NCBI GenBank assembly: GCA_046538375.1
Contig: JBKHJA010000002.1
Location: 1-54,807 of the forward strand
Direction: 5' to 3'
Source: Candidatus Aminicenantes bacterium
Lineage (GTDB): Bacteria; Acidobacteriota; Aminicenantia; Aminicenantales; Aminicenantaceae
DNA length: 54,807 nt
Part shown: positions 20,197 through 28,753 of the stretch, in pieces
Position numbering within the stretch: position 1 is the first letter of the stretch
Layout: each line of letters begins with the position of its first letter
Made by a program: the position numbers and the translations under genes
The notes under the pieces: model-generated
The model's input: the letters and a program-made list of their open reading frames with translations, nothing else
The model's database searches: none
What the model was told of the DNA's origin: nothing

Positions 20197-20621
20197 TGAT
20201 GGCGGAGAATTTTGAACCAAGAATCGTGGCCTTCCTCTGTAAGTGGTGTTCTTCAGCAGGCGCTGATTTCGCCGGTGTTTCCCGCATGCAATACCCTCCC
20301 AATGTGGTGCCCATCACGGTGATGTGCTCTGGAAGTGTATCCCCTCTTTATATTTTATCTGCCTTTAACAGAGGAGCTGATGGCGTTTTGGTTTCAGGAT
20401 GCCATCCCGGAGACTGCCATTATATAAAAGGAAACTACTATGCACGACGCCGAATCGCTTTGGTCAAGAAACTCCTGGAATACATGGGCCTTGAACCCCA
20501 GCGCTTCCAAATGTCCTGGGTTTCAGCAGCGGAGGGAACAAAATACACAGAGATCATAAAAGATTTCGTCAAGGAACTCAAGCCGCTGGGTCCCCAAAAG
20601 AAGCTGAGGAGTGATCTATAA
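20196..20621 (+). CDS. mvhD: MvhD/FlxD-like [2Fe-2S] protein (hydrogenase iron-sulfur subunit family)
   Basis: PRIVAFLCKWCSSAGADFAG...VMCSG...GADGVLVSGCHPGDCHY. TAATG junction with hdrA. Confidence 0.88.
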   Translation: MMAENFEPRIVAFLCKWCSSAGADFAGVSRMQYPPNVVPITVMCSGSVSPLYILSAFNRGADGVLVSGCHPGDCHYIKGNYYARRRIALVKKLLEYMGLEPQRFQMSWVSAAEGTKYTEIIKDFVKELKPLGPQKKLRSDL

Positions 20622-21652
20622 TGGTCAACCTTGATGAGTTGAAAGAAAACGCCAAAAAACTCCTGCAGGAAGGAAAAGTCAAATACGTTATCGGTTACAA
20701 GAGAAAAGCCAACGGCTTGATGCCAGTTCCTGCCTTCATCCACAAACCCCAAGATGTGGAGAAGTTCATCTGGGATCCGTCATGTGTTTATAACTTAACC
20801 CGCTATCTGGTGGACGAAAAGAGGAAAAAAGCAAGGGAAAAAGAACCAGATGAAAGGCCGGTAGCCCTGGTGGTTAAAGGCTGTGACAGCCGGGCCATCA
20901 ATGTTTTGCTCCAAGAAAAATTCATAGACCGAGATGAGATTTATCTCATCGGTATTTCCTGTGAAAATACCGGAATGGTGGATGAGAAAAAACTGGCCAC
21001 AAAGCTCAAAGGGAAGAAAGCCAAAAAGATCGAATTTGATGACCAGGATAATTTTGTGGTGACCACCCAGGAAGGCAAAACCAAGATCCCCGCCAAGGAG
21101 GTCATGGCCGATCGGTGCCTGGAATGTCCAGCCAATTTTCCTGTCGTTTATGATGTCCTCATCGGAGATAAGACAAAAAGAAAACCCGCTCCTCCCTTCC
21201 AATCTATACAAAAGATTGAATCCATGTCTGAACAGCAGAGATGGGATTTTTGGAAAGAACAGCTCGACAGATGCATCCGCTGCTATGCCTGCCGTTCTGC
21301 CTGCCCCATGTGCTACTGTGATGAATGTGTGGTGGACACCATAAATTTTGCTGTCACTGCAGACACCACTGCTGAAGAAAAAGCCCAAAAAATCAAATGG
21401 GTAGAAAAGTCTCCTGTTTTATCTGAAAATTTCGTGTATCATTTTGTCAGAGCTATCCATCTGGCAGGCCGCTGTGTGGACTGCGGCGAGTGTGAAAGAG
21501 CCTGCCCTCTAGATATTCCCATAAGATTTTTGAATAAAAAATTAGAGAAAGAAGCCAGTCAACTTTTTGGATATGATGTGGGCTTTGATCCCCAAAAACC
21601 CTCTCTAGTCTCCTGCTTCAAGGATGAGGACCCGGAGGATTTTATCAGGTGA
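20621..21652 (+). CDS. 4Fe-4S dicluster protein (Flx/FrhB-like electron-transfer subunit)
   Basis: CIRCYACRSACPMCYC and CVDCGECERACP motifs. Length is 343 aa. TAATG junction with mvhD. Confidence 0.7.
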   Translation: MVNLDELKENAKKLLQEGKVKYVIGYKRKANGLMPVPAFIHKPQDVEKFIWDPSCVYNLTRYLVDEKRKKAREKEPDERPVALVVKGCDSRAINVLLQEKFIDRDEIYLIGISCENTGMVDEKKLATKLKGKKAKKIEFDDQDNFVVTTQEGKTKIPAKEVMADRCLECPANFPVVYDVLIGDKTKRKPAPPFQSIQKIESMSEQQRWDFWKEQLDRCIRCYACRSACPMCYCDECVVDTINFAVTADTTAEEKAQKIKWVEKSPVLSENFVYHFVRAIHLAGRCVDCGECERACPLDIPIRFLNKKLEKEASQLFGYDVGFDPQKPSLVSCFKDEDPEDFIR

Positions 21653-21653
21653 A

Positions 21654-22697
21654 ATGATGGAAAAGATACTGGAAAAAAAATCTTTAACTTCATGGCTGAA
21701 AGAACTGGCGTCTTATGACATCTATGCTCCTGTTAAGGATGGTGATTTCTGGAAGTATGAACTCATCCGGGATCCAGATGAAATAGACCTTGATTATCTC
21801 AACACTGTCGTTTCTCCCAAAAAAATCATTTTCCCCCAAAGAGAGGTGCTGCTGGAATTTTTATCCTCAGATGAGGGCGGACCCCAGATCAAAGAACACC
21901 TTCCTGAGGAAAAGCCAACCCTTCTTTTTGGGGTCAGACCATGCGATGCCCGGGCTTTGTCTCTTACGGATAAAGTATTCGGGGGTGACTTTGTTGATCC
22001 TTACTACTGGAGAAGAAGAGACAAAACTGTTTTGGTGGGACTGGCCTGCAATACTCCTCCCTCTCCTGATTGTTTTTGTACTTCGGTGGATGGATCTCCT
22101 CACTCCAGCCAAGGATTAGATATCCTTTTGACTGACCTGGGAAAGAAATTTTTCCTGCAGTCCTTTACCGAAAAGGGAGACAAGCTGATCAGTTCCTCCA
22201 AAGAGATTTTTCAATCACCTGATGCAAAAGACAAAAAGGACCTGGAGAAGATCCACCAAGATTCAGAGAAAAAGGTTGAGCGTCATCTCCGACAGGTTAA
22301 AGACATCCCTCCCAAGCTGAAGAAAATGTTCGATTCTCCCTTCTGGGAACAAGAATCGCTGAGCTGCCTCCGCTGCGGCATCTGCACTTATCTCTGCCCC
22401 ACCTGTCACTGCTTTGACATCAACGATGAAGTGACCTCATCCTCTCCCATAAAAGGAAAAAGAGTAAGGACCTGGGATACCTGCCAGTTTCCTGATTTCA
22501 CCATGCACTCTTCGGGACATAATCCCAGGCCTGATAGAGCCTCCCGCCTGCGGCAGAGAATCATGCACAAATTTCAGTATTTTGTAGAGATCTACAATAA
22601 TTATCAATGCACTGGCTGCGGGAGATGCATTTCTAACTGCCCGGTGGGAATCGACATTATCGAAGTCCTTGATAAGGTGAAAGAATATGAATCATAA
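21654..22697 (+). CDS. 4Fe-4S dicluster protein (AsrA/FlxB-like)
   Basis: CLRCGICTYLCPTCHCFD and CTGCGRCISNCP motifs. ATG 21654 lies 1 nt after the preceding stop; the track ORF begins at 21624. Confidence 0.7.
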   Translation: MMEKILEKKSLTSWLKELASYDIYAPVKDGDFWKYELIRDPDEIDLDYLNTVVSPKKIIFPQREVLLEFLSSDEGGPQIKEHLPEEKPTLLFGVRPCDARALSLTDKVFGGDFVDPYYWRRRDKTVLVGLACNTPPSPDCFCTSVDGSPHSSQGLDILLTDLGKKFFLQSFTEKGDKLISSSKEIFQSPDAKDKKDLEKIHQDSEKKVERHLRQVKDIPPKLKKMFDSPFWEQESLSCLRCGICTYLCPTCHCFDINDEVTSSSPIKGKRVRTWDTCQFPDFTMHSSGHNPRPDRASRLRQRIMHKFQYFVEIYNNYQCTGCGRCISNCPVGIDIIEVLDKVKEYES

Positions 22698-23511
22698 TGT
22701 CTACGTTCCAAAACTGGCTGAAATAATCACCATCAAAGAGGAAGTGGGTGGGGCCAGACCCGTCAAGTCTTTTCGGACTCGTTTTATCAATAATAATGAA
22801 TTTACTTTCCGCTGCGGCCAGTGTGCTATGCTCTCTGTGTTCGGTAAAGGCGAATCCATGATATCCATCTCTTCCTCTCCACTTGTCAAGGATTACCTTC
22901 AATTCAGCATCCTCAAAATGGGAAGAGTGACCTCCGCTCTCCATGAAATGGTGGAAGGAGATATCATCGGAATAAGAGGTCCATACGGCAGTGGATTTCC
23001 CCTCCAGGAATGGAAGGGGAAAAACCTCATTTTTATCGGAGGAGGAATCGGCTTGGCTCCTATATGGTCTGTTCTGCAGACTGCCATAAATAAGAAAGAT
23101 GAATACGGAGACCTGGTGCTTTTCTACGGATCAAGGACATCCAAGGACCTTGTTTTCAGGGATGAGGTTGAGGAACTCAAGAATAAAATGGATGTTTATC
23201 TCTCCGTGGACGTGGAGGAACCAGGATGGGAAGAGTTCGTGGGTTTTGTACCTCAGAATGTCACCCAGAAGAAACCATCACCTGAGAACGCCATCGCAGT
23301 GACCTGTGGTCCTCCCATCATGATCAAGTTCGTTATCCAAGGCCTGAAAGAGCTGGGCTTCGATGATGAACAGATTTACACCACTGTAGAGAACAAGATG
23401 AAATGCGGGATAGGAAAGTGTGGACGATGCAACATCGGAATGCATTATGTGTGCAAAGATGGCCCTGTCTATTCCTGGGCTGAGCTAAAAAAGCTCCCTC
23501 AAGAATATTGA
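22687..23511 (+). CDS. FAD/NAD(P)-binding oxidoreductase with C-terminal [2Fe-2S] (AsrB/PyrK/FlxA-like)
   Basis: The ferredoxin-reductase-type fold has LIFIGGGIGLAPI and the C-terminal motif CGIGKCGRCNIG...CKDGPV. Overlaps the previous gene by 11 nt. Confidence 0.78.
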   Translation: MNHNVYVPKLAEIITIKEEVGGARPVKSFRTRFINNNEFTFRCGQCAMLSVFGKGESMISISSSPLVKDYLQFSILKMGRVTSALHEMVEGDIIGIRGPYGSGFPLQEWKGKNLIFIGGGIGLAPIWSVLQTAINKKDEYGDLVLFYGSRTSKDLVFRDEVEELKNKMDVYLSVDVEEPGWEEFVGFVPQNVTQKKPSPENAIAVTCGPPIMIKFVIQGLKELGFDDEQIYTTVENKMKCGIGKCGRCNIGMHYVCKDGPVYSWAELKKLPQEY

Positions 23512-23567
23512 CAAAATTTCAAACATGAACAAAACGATTCTTTGATTTTCCACCTGAGGAGGAAGAC

Positions 23568-24323
23568 ATGAAACAGAAAAAGAGCATTATGGACAGGATC
23601 GCAGAATCAAATAAATCTGTAACCACGGGAATTGATGAAAAGGATATCAAGTACTGGGTGACGATTTACATCATGGGAAAGTCTTATAAAGTTCCGGCTG
23701 GACTGACCATTATGCAGGCCATGGAGTTTGCTGGATACAGGTTTGTCAGATCTGCCGGGTGCAGGGCAGGATTCTGTGGGGCCTGTGCTACGGTTTACAG
23801 AAGAATTGGCGATTACAAACTCCAGACCGCCATGGCCTGCCAAACAAGAGCAGAAGATGGAATGTATTTGGTTCAAATACCTTTCTCACCCGCTGAGAAA
23901 GCTGTCTATGACATCAGCAAAGAAGAATTCAATGTAGGAACATTATTCAAATATTACCCTGAGCTGGCAAGGTGTGTATCCTGCAACACCTGCACCAAAT
24001 CCTGTCCTCAAGACCTGGAGGTCATGGATTATATCCAGTCGGCAATAAAAGGCGATTATAAAGCAGTGGCTGAGGAGTCCTTTGACTGCATTCAATGTGG
24101 ACTGTGTGCCATCAGATGTCCTTCCGAGCTGGTCCAGTATCATATTGCTCAGCTGGCCAGAAGAATGTACGGGCGCTATGAATGCCCGGAGCCCCCTCAT
24201 CTTGACAAAAGATTAAAAGAAATAAAAAAGGGAAAATATAAAGAAGACTGGAAAAACCTTCTCAAAGCTACAAAAAAAGAGCTCGAAAAACTGTATGCTG
24301 AGAGAGAAAGAGAGAAAGATTGA
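23568..24323 (+). CDS. succinate dehydrogenase/fumarate reductase iron-sulfur subunit-like protein
   Basis: GCRAGFCGACA is a [2Fe-2S] motif resembling SCR.GICGSC of SdhB/FrdB. It is followed by CVSCNTCTKSCP and CIQCGLCAIRCP. Length is 251 aa. Confidence 0.7.
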   Translation: MKQKKSIMDRIAESNKSVTTGIDEKDIKYWVTIYIMGKSYKVPAGLTIMQAMEFAGYRFVRSAGCRAGFCGACATVYRRIGDYKLQTAMACQTRAEDGMYLVQIPFSPAEKAVYDISKEEFNVGTLFKYYPELARCVSCNTCTKSCPQDLEVMDYIQSAIKGDYKAVAEESFDCIQCGLCAIRCPSELVQYHIAQLARRMYGRYECPEPPHLDKRLKEIKKGKYKEDWKNLLKATKKELEKLYAEREREKD

Positions 24324-24338
24324 TAAAGGAGGAGAGAA

Positions 24339-25997
24339 ATGTCTGAAATGAAATTTATCGGAGGCTATCCCCAATACATGCGGAAGCTCATAGATGTGGT
24401 GAATAAAACAAGAAGCAGGCGGAAAGACTACGAACCTCCTGCCATGAGTAAAAAGGAAAAAGAAGAGGTCCTTAAGCTCCATCCAGATTTTGCTGCTGGA
24501 GGGAAAAGAAAAATAAAAATAGGACAGAATAAAGGTGAGATTGGACCCAATGAAGTGGTGGATCTGCTGGAGGCCTATCCTCTTATAGAAAAAGGAGACA
24601 TTGACCTGTCTAAAATAGATCACGATGTTGATATTTTGATTATAGGAGGAGGTCTGGCAGGAACAACAGCGGCCATCTGGGCCAATAATCAGGGCATTCC
24701 GCCTGATAAAATTCTTCTTGCCAATAAATTAAGGCACGGGGATTCCAACTCCATGATGGCAGAGGGAGGAACTCAGGCGGCTGATCGTCCCAACGATTCC
24801 CCTCTCATCCACTACCTGGATGCATTGGGAGGAGGACATTTTGCCAACAAGCCCGATGTCCTCAAAGGGCTGGTTGAAGATGCTCCGTTCATCATGAGCT
24901 GGCTTTTAGAACTGGGGGCCATGATTGACAGAGAAGATGGCGGAAATTTTTCGGAAAAATGGGGTGGCGGCACCTGCAGAAAAAGAATGCATGCCTGCAG
25001 AGACTACACTGGCCTTGAGGAATTGAGGGTGATAAGAGACGAGTTCAGAAACAGGAAAATTTCGTGCTTGGAATACTATCCCGCTGTTGAACTTCTTAAA
25101 AACGGCCAGGACCAGGTGGCTGGAGCGGTTCTCTGGAATTTTGAAACAGGCGATTATAAAATCGTTAAAGCCAAAGCCACTATTCTGGCCACAGGCGGTT
25201 TTGGAAGGCTTCACATAAGAGGTTTCCCCACCACCAATCATTATGGGGCAACCTGTGACGGTGTGGTCCTCGCCTACCGCGCTGGAGCCAAGCTGAGAGA
25301 TGTGGACACCGTTCAATATCACCCCACCGGGGCTGCCTATCCACAGCAGATCATCGGTCTTCTTCTTACGGAAAAACTCAGGAGCATGGGAGCTCAGCCT
25401 GTAAATAAGGACGGAGAGGCCTTTGTTTTTCCTCTTGAACCAAGAGACGTGGAAGCCTCTGCCCTGATCAGAGAATGCTATGTGAGAGATAAAGGAATCA
25501 TTACTCCTACCGGGATGAGAGGTGTCTGGCTTGACACTCCCCTCATCGAAGTCAAAAATGGTGAAGGAACCATAGACAGCGCTTTTCCCGGAATGAGAAG
25601 GATGTTCAACCGGTTTGACATTGATATGCGGAAGGACCCGGTTCTCGTTTTCCCCACTCTCCATTACCAAAACGGAGGTGTGGAAACAGATCCTGAAGGA
25701 AAGACCACGGTGGAAGGACTGTTTGTTGCCGGCGAGATTTCGGGTGGCGTCCATGGAAAAAACAGACTCATGGGAAACTCAACTCTTGATTGCATGGTCT
25801 ACGGTCGAAGATCCGGGATCTATGCTGCGAAATATGCCAAAAAAACAAAGAAACGAGAAAAGCTTTCACTGGACCATATGAAAAAATATGTCAAAATGCT
25901 CAAACAGGCAGGAATCAAGCCCGAGAGAAGAGCACCCATTCTTCTGCCGGATTACAGAGGCAAAGCCGTATTGGCCAGGATGATTGATATCTTTTAA
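24339..25997 (+). CDS. FAD-dependent oxidoreductase of the fumarate reductase/succinate dehydrogenase flavoprotein family
   Basis: ILIIGGGLAGTTAA dinucleotide fold, plus VQYHPTG and PTLHYQNGGV motifs characteristic of FrdA/SdhA/NadB-type enzymes. Length is 552 aa with an N-terminal extension of about 90 aa. Confidence 0.75.
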   Translation: MSEMKFIGGYPQYMRKLIDVVNKTRSRRKDYEPPAMSKKEKEEVLKLHPDFAAGGKRKIKIGQNKGEIGPNEVVDLLEAYPLIEKGDIDLSKIDHDVDILIIGGGLAGTTAAIWANNQGIPPDKILLANKLRHGDSNSMMAEGGTQAADRPNDSPLIHYLDALGGGHFANKPDVLKGLVEDAPFIMSWLLELGAMIDREDGGNFSEKWGGGTCRKRMHACRDYTGLEELRVIRDEFRNRKISCLEYYPAVELLKNGQDQVAGAVLWNFETGDYKIVKAKATILATGGFGRLHIRGFPTTNHYGATCDGVVLAYRAGAKLRDVDTVQYHPTGAAYPQQIIGLLLTEKLRSMGAQPVNKDGEAFVFPLEPRDVEASALIRECYVRDKGIITPTGMRGVWLDTPLIEVKNGEGTIDSAFPGMRRMFNRFDIDMRKDPVLVFPTLHYQNGGVETDPEGKTTVEGLFVAGEISGGVHGKNRLMGNSTLDCMVYGRRSGIYAAKYAKKTKKREKLSLDHMKKYVKMLKQAGIKPERRAPILLPDYRGKAVLARMIDIF

Positions 25998-26006
25998 TAA
26001 TTCAAT

Positions 26007-26046
26007 CCACCCTCACCCCCCTATTATGGAAATGGAGATGCTTCCC
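26007..26046 (+). repeat. intergenic repeat family, copy D (CCACCCTCACCCCCCTATTATGGAAATGGAGATGCTTCCC)
   Basis: Same core as 1541, 7357, 9527 and 45681. Lies 9 nt after the flavoprotein stop and 20 nt before TTGACT at 26062. Confidence 0.7.
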
Positions 26047-26061
26047 TACCTCAAATTTTTT

Positions 26062-26089
26062 TTGACTTTTATACCTGATTTGTTATATT
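26062..26089 (+). promoter_or_regulatory. sigma70-like promoter candidate (extended -10) for the PilZ gene
   Basis: TTGACT-N16-TATATT, with TGT immediately upstream of the -10. About 120 nt before ATG 26213. Confidence 0.4.
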
Positions 26090-26212
26090 AATAAAAACTG
26101 GAAATATTATGGAGGGCGGGTAGAGGGAATGTCCACAGATATTCAAAACAATAATGACTGCTGTGAACACAAAACAAGGTATTGCTTCCAATAATCAACA
26201 GGGAGGTCAACA

Positions 26213-26650
26213 ATGGGAGAAAATGAATTGGACGGAAGATCCTGCGTCAGGTTCGAGACTCCTGGGGCCACTGTAAGCTACAAAAAGAAAACATTTTTCT
26301 TTTCCAAAGGCAAATATGGGGAGGAATTTTGTCCCATTCTAGACATAAGCCGGGGAGGCCTTAGATTTTTAGCCCAGAAAGATATCAAAATAAACAAAGA
26401 ACTGAATCTAAAAATATCCATACCCGGCGAAAAAATCCCTCTTGTCCAGAAAGGGAAAGTCCGCTGGTGCTCCTTCAACGTGGGCAAAAGTTATAAGTAC
26501 CAGATCGGGATTCAGTTCAGTCCTTACGGAGAAAAAAAAGGGCAGAATTATCCCGGAAACCTTACCAAAATCATTGCCCTGGAACAAAAATATGTCCCCC
26601 CAGAAAAGAGAACCAAAGAAAAGGCCGGAGAATCCAAGCCCAAAGATTAA
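26213..26650 (+). CDS. PilZ domain c-di-GMP-binding protein
   Basis: RSCVR (RxxxR) and DISRGG (DxSxxG) motifs at canonical spacing. Length is 145 aa. GGGAGG SD. Confidence 0.8.
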   Translation: MGENELDGRSCVRFETPGATVSYKKKTFFFSKGKYGEEFCPILDISRGGLRFLAQKDIKINKELNLKISIPGEKIPLVQKGKVRWCSFNVGKSYKYQIGIQFSPYGEKKGQNYPGNLTKIIALEQKYVPPEKRTKEKAGESKPKD

Positions 26651-26680
26651 ATTTAATCCCCGAAAAAATCCTCCCGAATT

Positions 26681-28753
26681 CTATTTGTTCTCCCCTTCAA
26701 CCACCACTTGGGAGTAATCAGCCACCTTAAGAAAAAGTTTGCTGATGTCCTGAAGGAGAGCCAACCGGTTTCTTCTGATTTTTCTATCCTCTGTCATCAC
26801 CAACACTTGATCAAAAAAATTATCGATGGCTGCCCTCATCCGGAAAATGAATCTCTGGGCTCTGGCAAAATCCCCCCTAGAGATCAACGGAAGAGTATTT
26901 TTCTGGATTATGGTGAAAGTGGTATAAAGCTCCTTTTCCTCTTTTTCTTGGAACAGATCTGGATTTACCCTGTACCGGGGGTGGTCTCTCAGGATATTAT
27001 TCACTCTCTTGACAGTCAGGATCATGGGTCCAAAATGAGAGCTGTCCTTTAGATTATCCAAGGCCTTTAATCGAAGGTAAGAGTGGTAGATGTTATCAGC
27101 GTCAGCACTAAGAGCAGCTTTAATCAGATCGTAACGGTATCCCTGCCGTTCATAAATGGACTGGAGACGTCCTGAGAAAAATTGGCCGCAGTGGTCTTTT
27201 ATTTCTTGTTTAGAGAGGGAAAGCTTGCCGATGTAGAGTTTCACCGCTTTATCCAGAAGGCGAGAAAAAGAAAAGTCGAACTTCTTCTCCAGAATGATTT
27301 TACAGATTCCCTGGGCATTGCGGCGAAGTCCAAAAGGATCTTTCGAACCGGTCACCTGAATCCCGATCCCTACTGCTCCAACCACAGAGTCTATTTTATC
27401 AGCGATGGACAGGATTGCTCCAGTTGCAGTGGAAGGGGAATCATCCTCCAAACTCAAAGGCTGGTAGTGTTCATAAACGGCTTTCCATACCGGGGAAGGA
27501 TAACCTTCCTGTTTAGCATAAATTCCCCCCACTTTGCCCTGGAGAGAAGGAAATTCCTTGATCATTTCTGTAAGCAAATCCGACTTAGCCAGTTCTGCGG
27601 CTTGAACACCGTCCTTTTTTATTTTTGGTTCGCCGATTTTATCAGACAAATAGGAAACCATCTTTTTCAATCTTGCCACTTTATCCCCATAACTTCCCAG
27701 TTTTTCTTGAAAGACAATCCGATCCAGGTTTCTTACTCTTTCCTTCAAGGCCATTTTTAAATCCTGTTCCCAGAAAAACTTGGCATCCTCCAGCCGGGCT
27801 ATGAGCACCCTTTCGTTTCCTTTGAGAATGAGCGATTCCGTGTCTTTATAATTATCAGCCACACCTATAAAATAAGGAAGCTGTTGGTTTCCCTTGACCA
27901 CCGAAAACAGACTCTGCCCCTTTTTCATGGCTGTACTCAAAATTTCAACGGGTAAAGCCAGATATTTTTTAGGAAAAGAACCCAAAAAAACATAAGGGTA
28001 TTCCACATCATATATAATTTTTTCCATCAGCTCTTCATCGGGCAGGAGCTGACCATCTATGGACTCCATTTTCATGGAAATCTGACTGAGGATCATCTTC
28101 CGCCTTTGCTCCCCTTCCACCACCACCTTATTCTCCCGCAGCTTGACTTTGTATTCAGGAAAAGAATGGATAGGTATCTTCTGGGGAGAGAGTATTTTGT
28201 GTCCGATGGAAACTCCCGAAGAAGATATTTTTCCCACCGAAAAAGGAATGACGTCCTGGTTGCATATACAAAGTATATTTTTGATAGGACGGGAAAATTT
28301 CTGGGTTTCCTCTCCCCATCTCATCATTTTGGGAAAGGACAGAGAGGTGACCATGTCCGGGATAATCTTCTGGAGTATTTCTGGAGTTGGCTTCCCTTTT
28401 TCCACTTTTCTCAATCCCACATATTCCCCCTTTTCAGTCCTGATCACCTGCAGGCGATCAACACCAATCCCGTGTGACCTGGCAAATCCGAGGGCTGCTG
28501 AAGTGGGAGTGCCATCTGGAGAAAAAGCCACCACCTTAGGGGGCCCTATCACCTCTTCCTTTCTATCCTTCTGCTGGGGAGAAAAATCTCCTGCCACCGC
28601 CAACCGCCGGCAGGTACCCAAGGTCTGGATTTTGTAGATATCCACATCAAAAGAGGAGAGTTCTTGGGTGAACTTTTCTTTCAGCTGCGAAAGAGCAGAC
28701 TTGACATGAGAAGCCGGCATTTCTTCGGTGCTGATCTCTAAGAGAAACTCCAT
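26681..28753 (-). CDS. glyS: glycine--tRNA ligase beta subunit
   Basis: Begins MEFLLEISTEEMPASHV, a typical GlyS N-terminus. ATGA overlap with the glyQ stop. The upstream 48 codons of the track ORF overlap glyQ and are rejected. Confidence 0.92.
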   Translation of the reverse strand: MEFLLEISTEEMPASHVKSALSQLKEKFTQELSSFDVDIYKIQTLGTCRRLAVAGDFSPQQKDRKEEVIGPPKVVAFSPDGTPTSAALGFARSHGIGVDRLQVIRTEKGEYVGLRKVEKGKPTPEILQKIIPDMVTSLSFPKMMRWGEETQKFSRPIKNILCICNQDVIPFSVGKISSSGVSIGHKILSPQKIPIHSFPEYKVKLRENKVVVEGEQRRKMILSQISMKMESIDGQLLPDEELMEKIIYDVEYPYVFLGSFPKKYLALPVEILSTAMKKGQSLFSVVKGNQQLPYFIGVADNYKDTESLILKGNERVLIARLEDAKFFWEQDLKMALKERVRNLDRIVFQEKLGSYGDKVARLKKMVSYLSDKIGEPKIKKDGVQAAELAKSDLLTEMIKEFPSLQGKVGGIYAKQEGYPSPVWKAVYEHYQPLSLEDDSPSTATGAILSIADKIDSVVGAVGIGIQVTGSKDPFGLRRNAQGICKIILEKKFDFSFSRLLDKAVKLYIGKLSLSKQEIKDHCGQFFSGRLQSIYERQGYRYDLIKAALSADADNIYHSYLRLKALDNLKDSSHFGPMILTVKRVNNILRDHPRYRVNPDLFQEKEEKELYTTFTIIQKNTLPLISRGDFARAQRFIFRMRAAIDNFFDQVLVMTEDRKIRRNRLALLQDISKLFLKVADYSQVVVEGENK

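Noticed and set aside
24906-25754. Long antisense ORFs inside well-supported genes. This one is 282 aa; others are 20795-21388, 37052-37735, 39219-39917, 29986-30591, 27182-27760 and 47471-47944.
   Set aside because: They lie opposite genes with clear family motifs, have low-complexity or odd composition, lack SD sequences, and are typical shadow ORFs.
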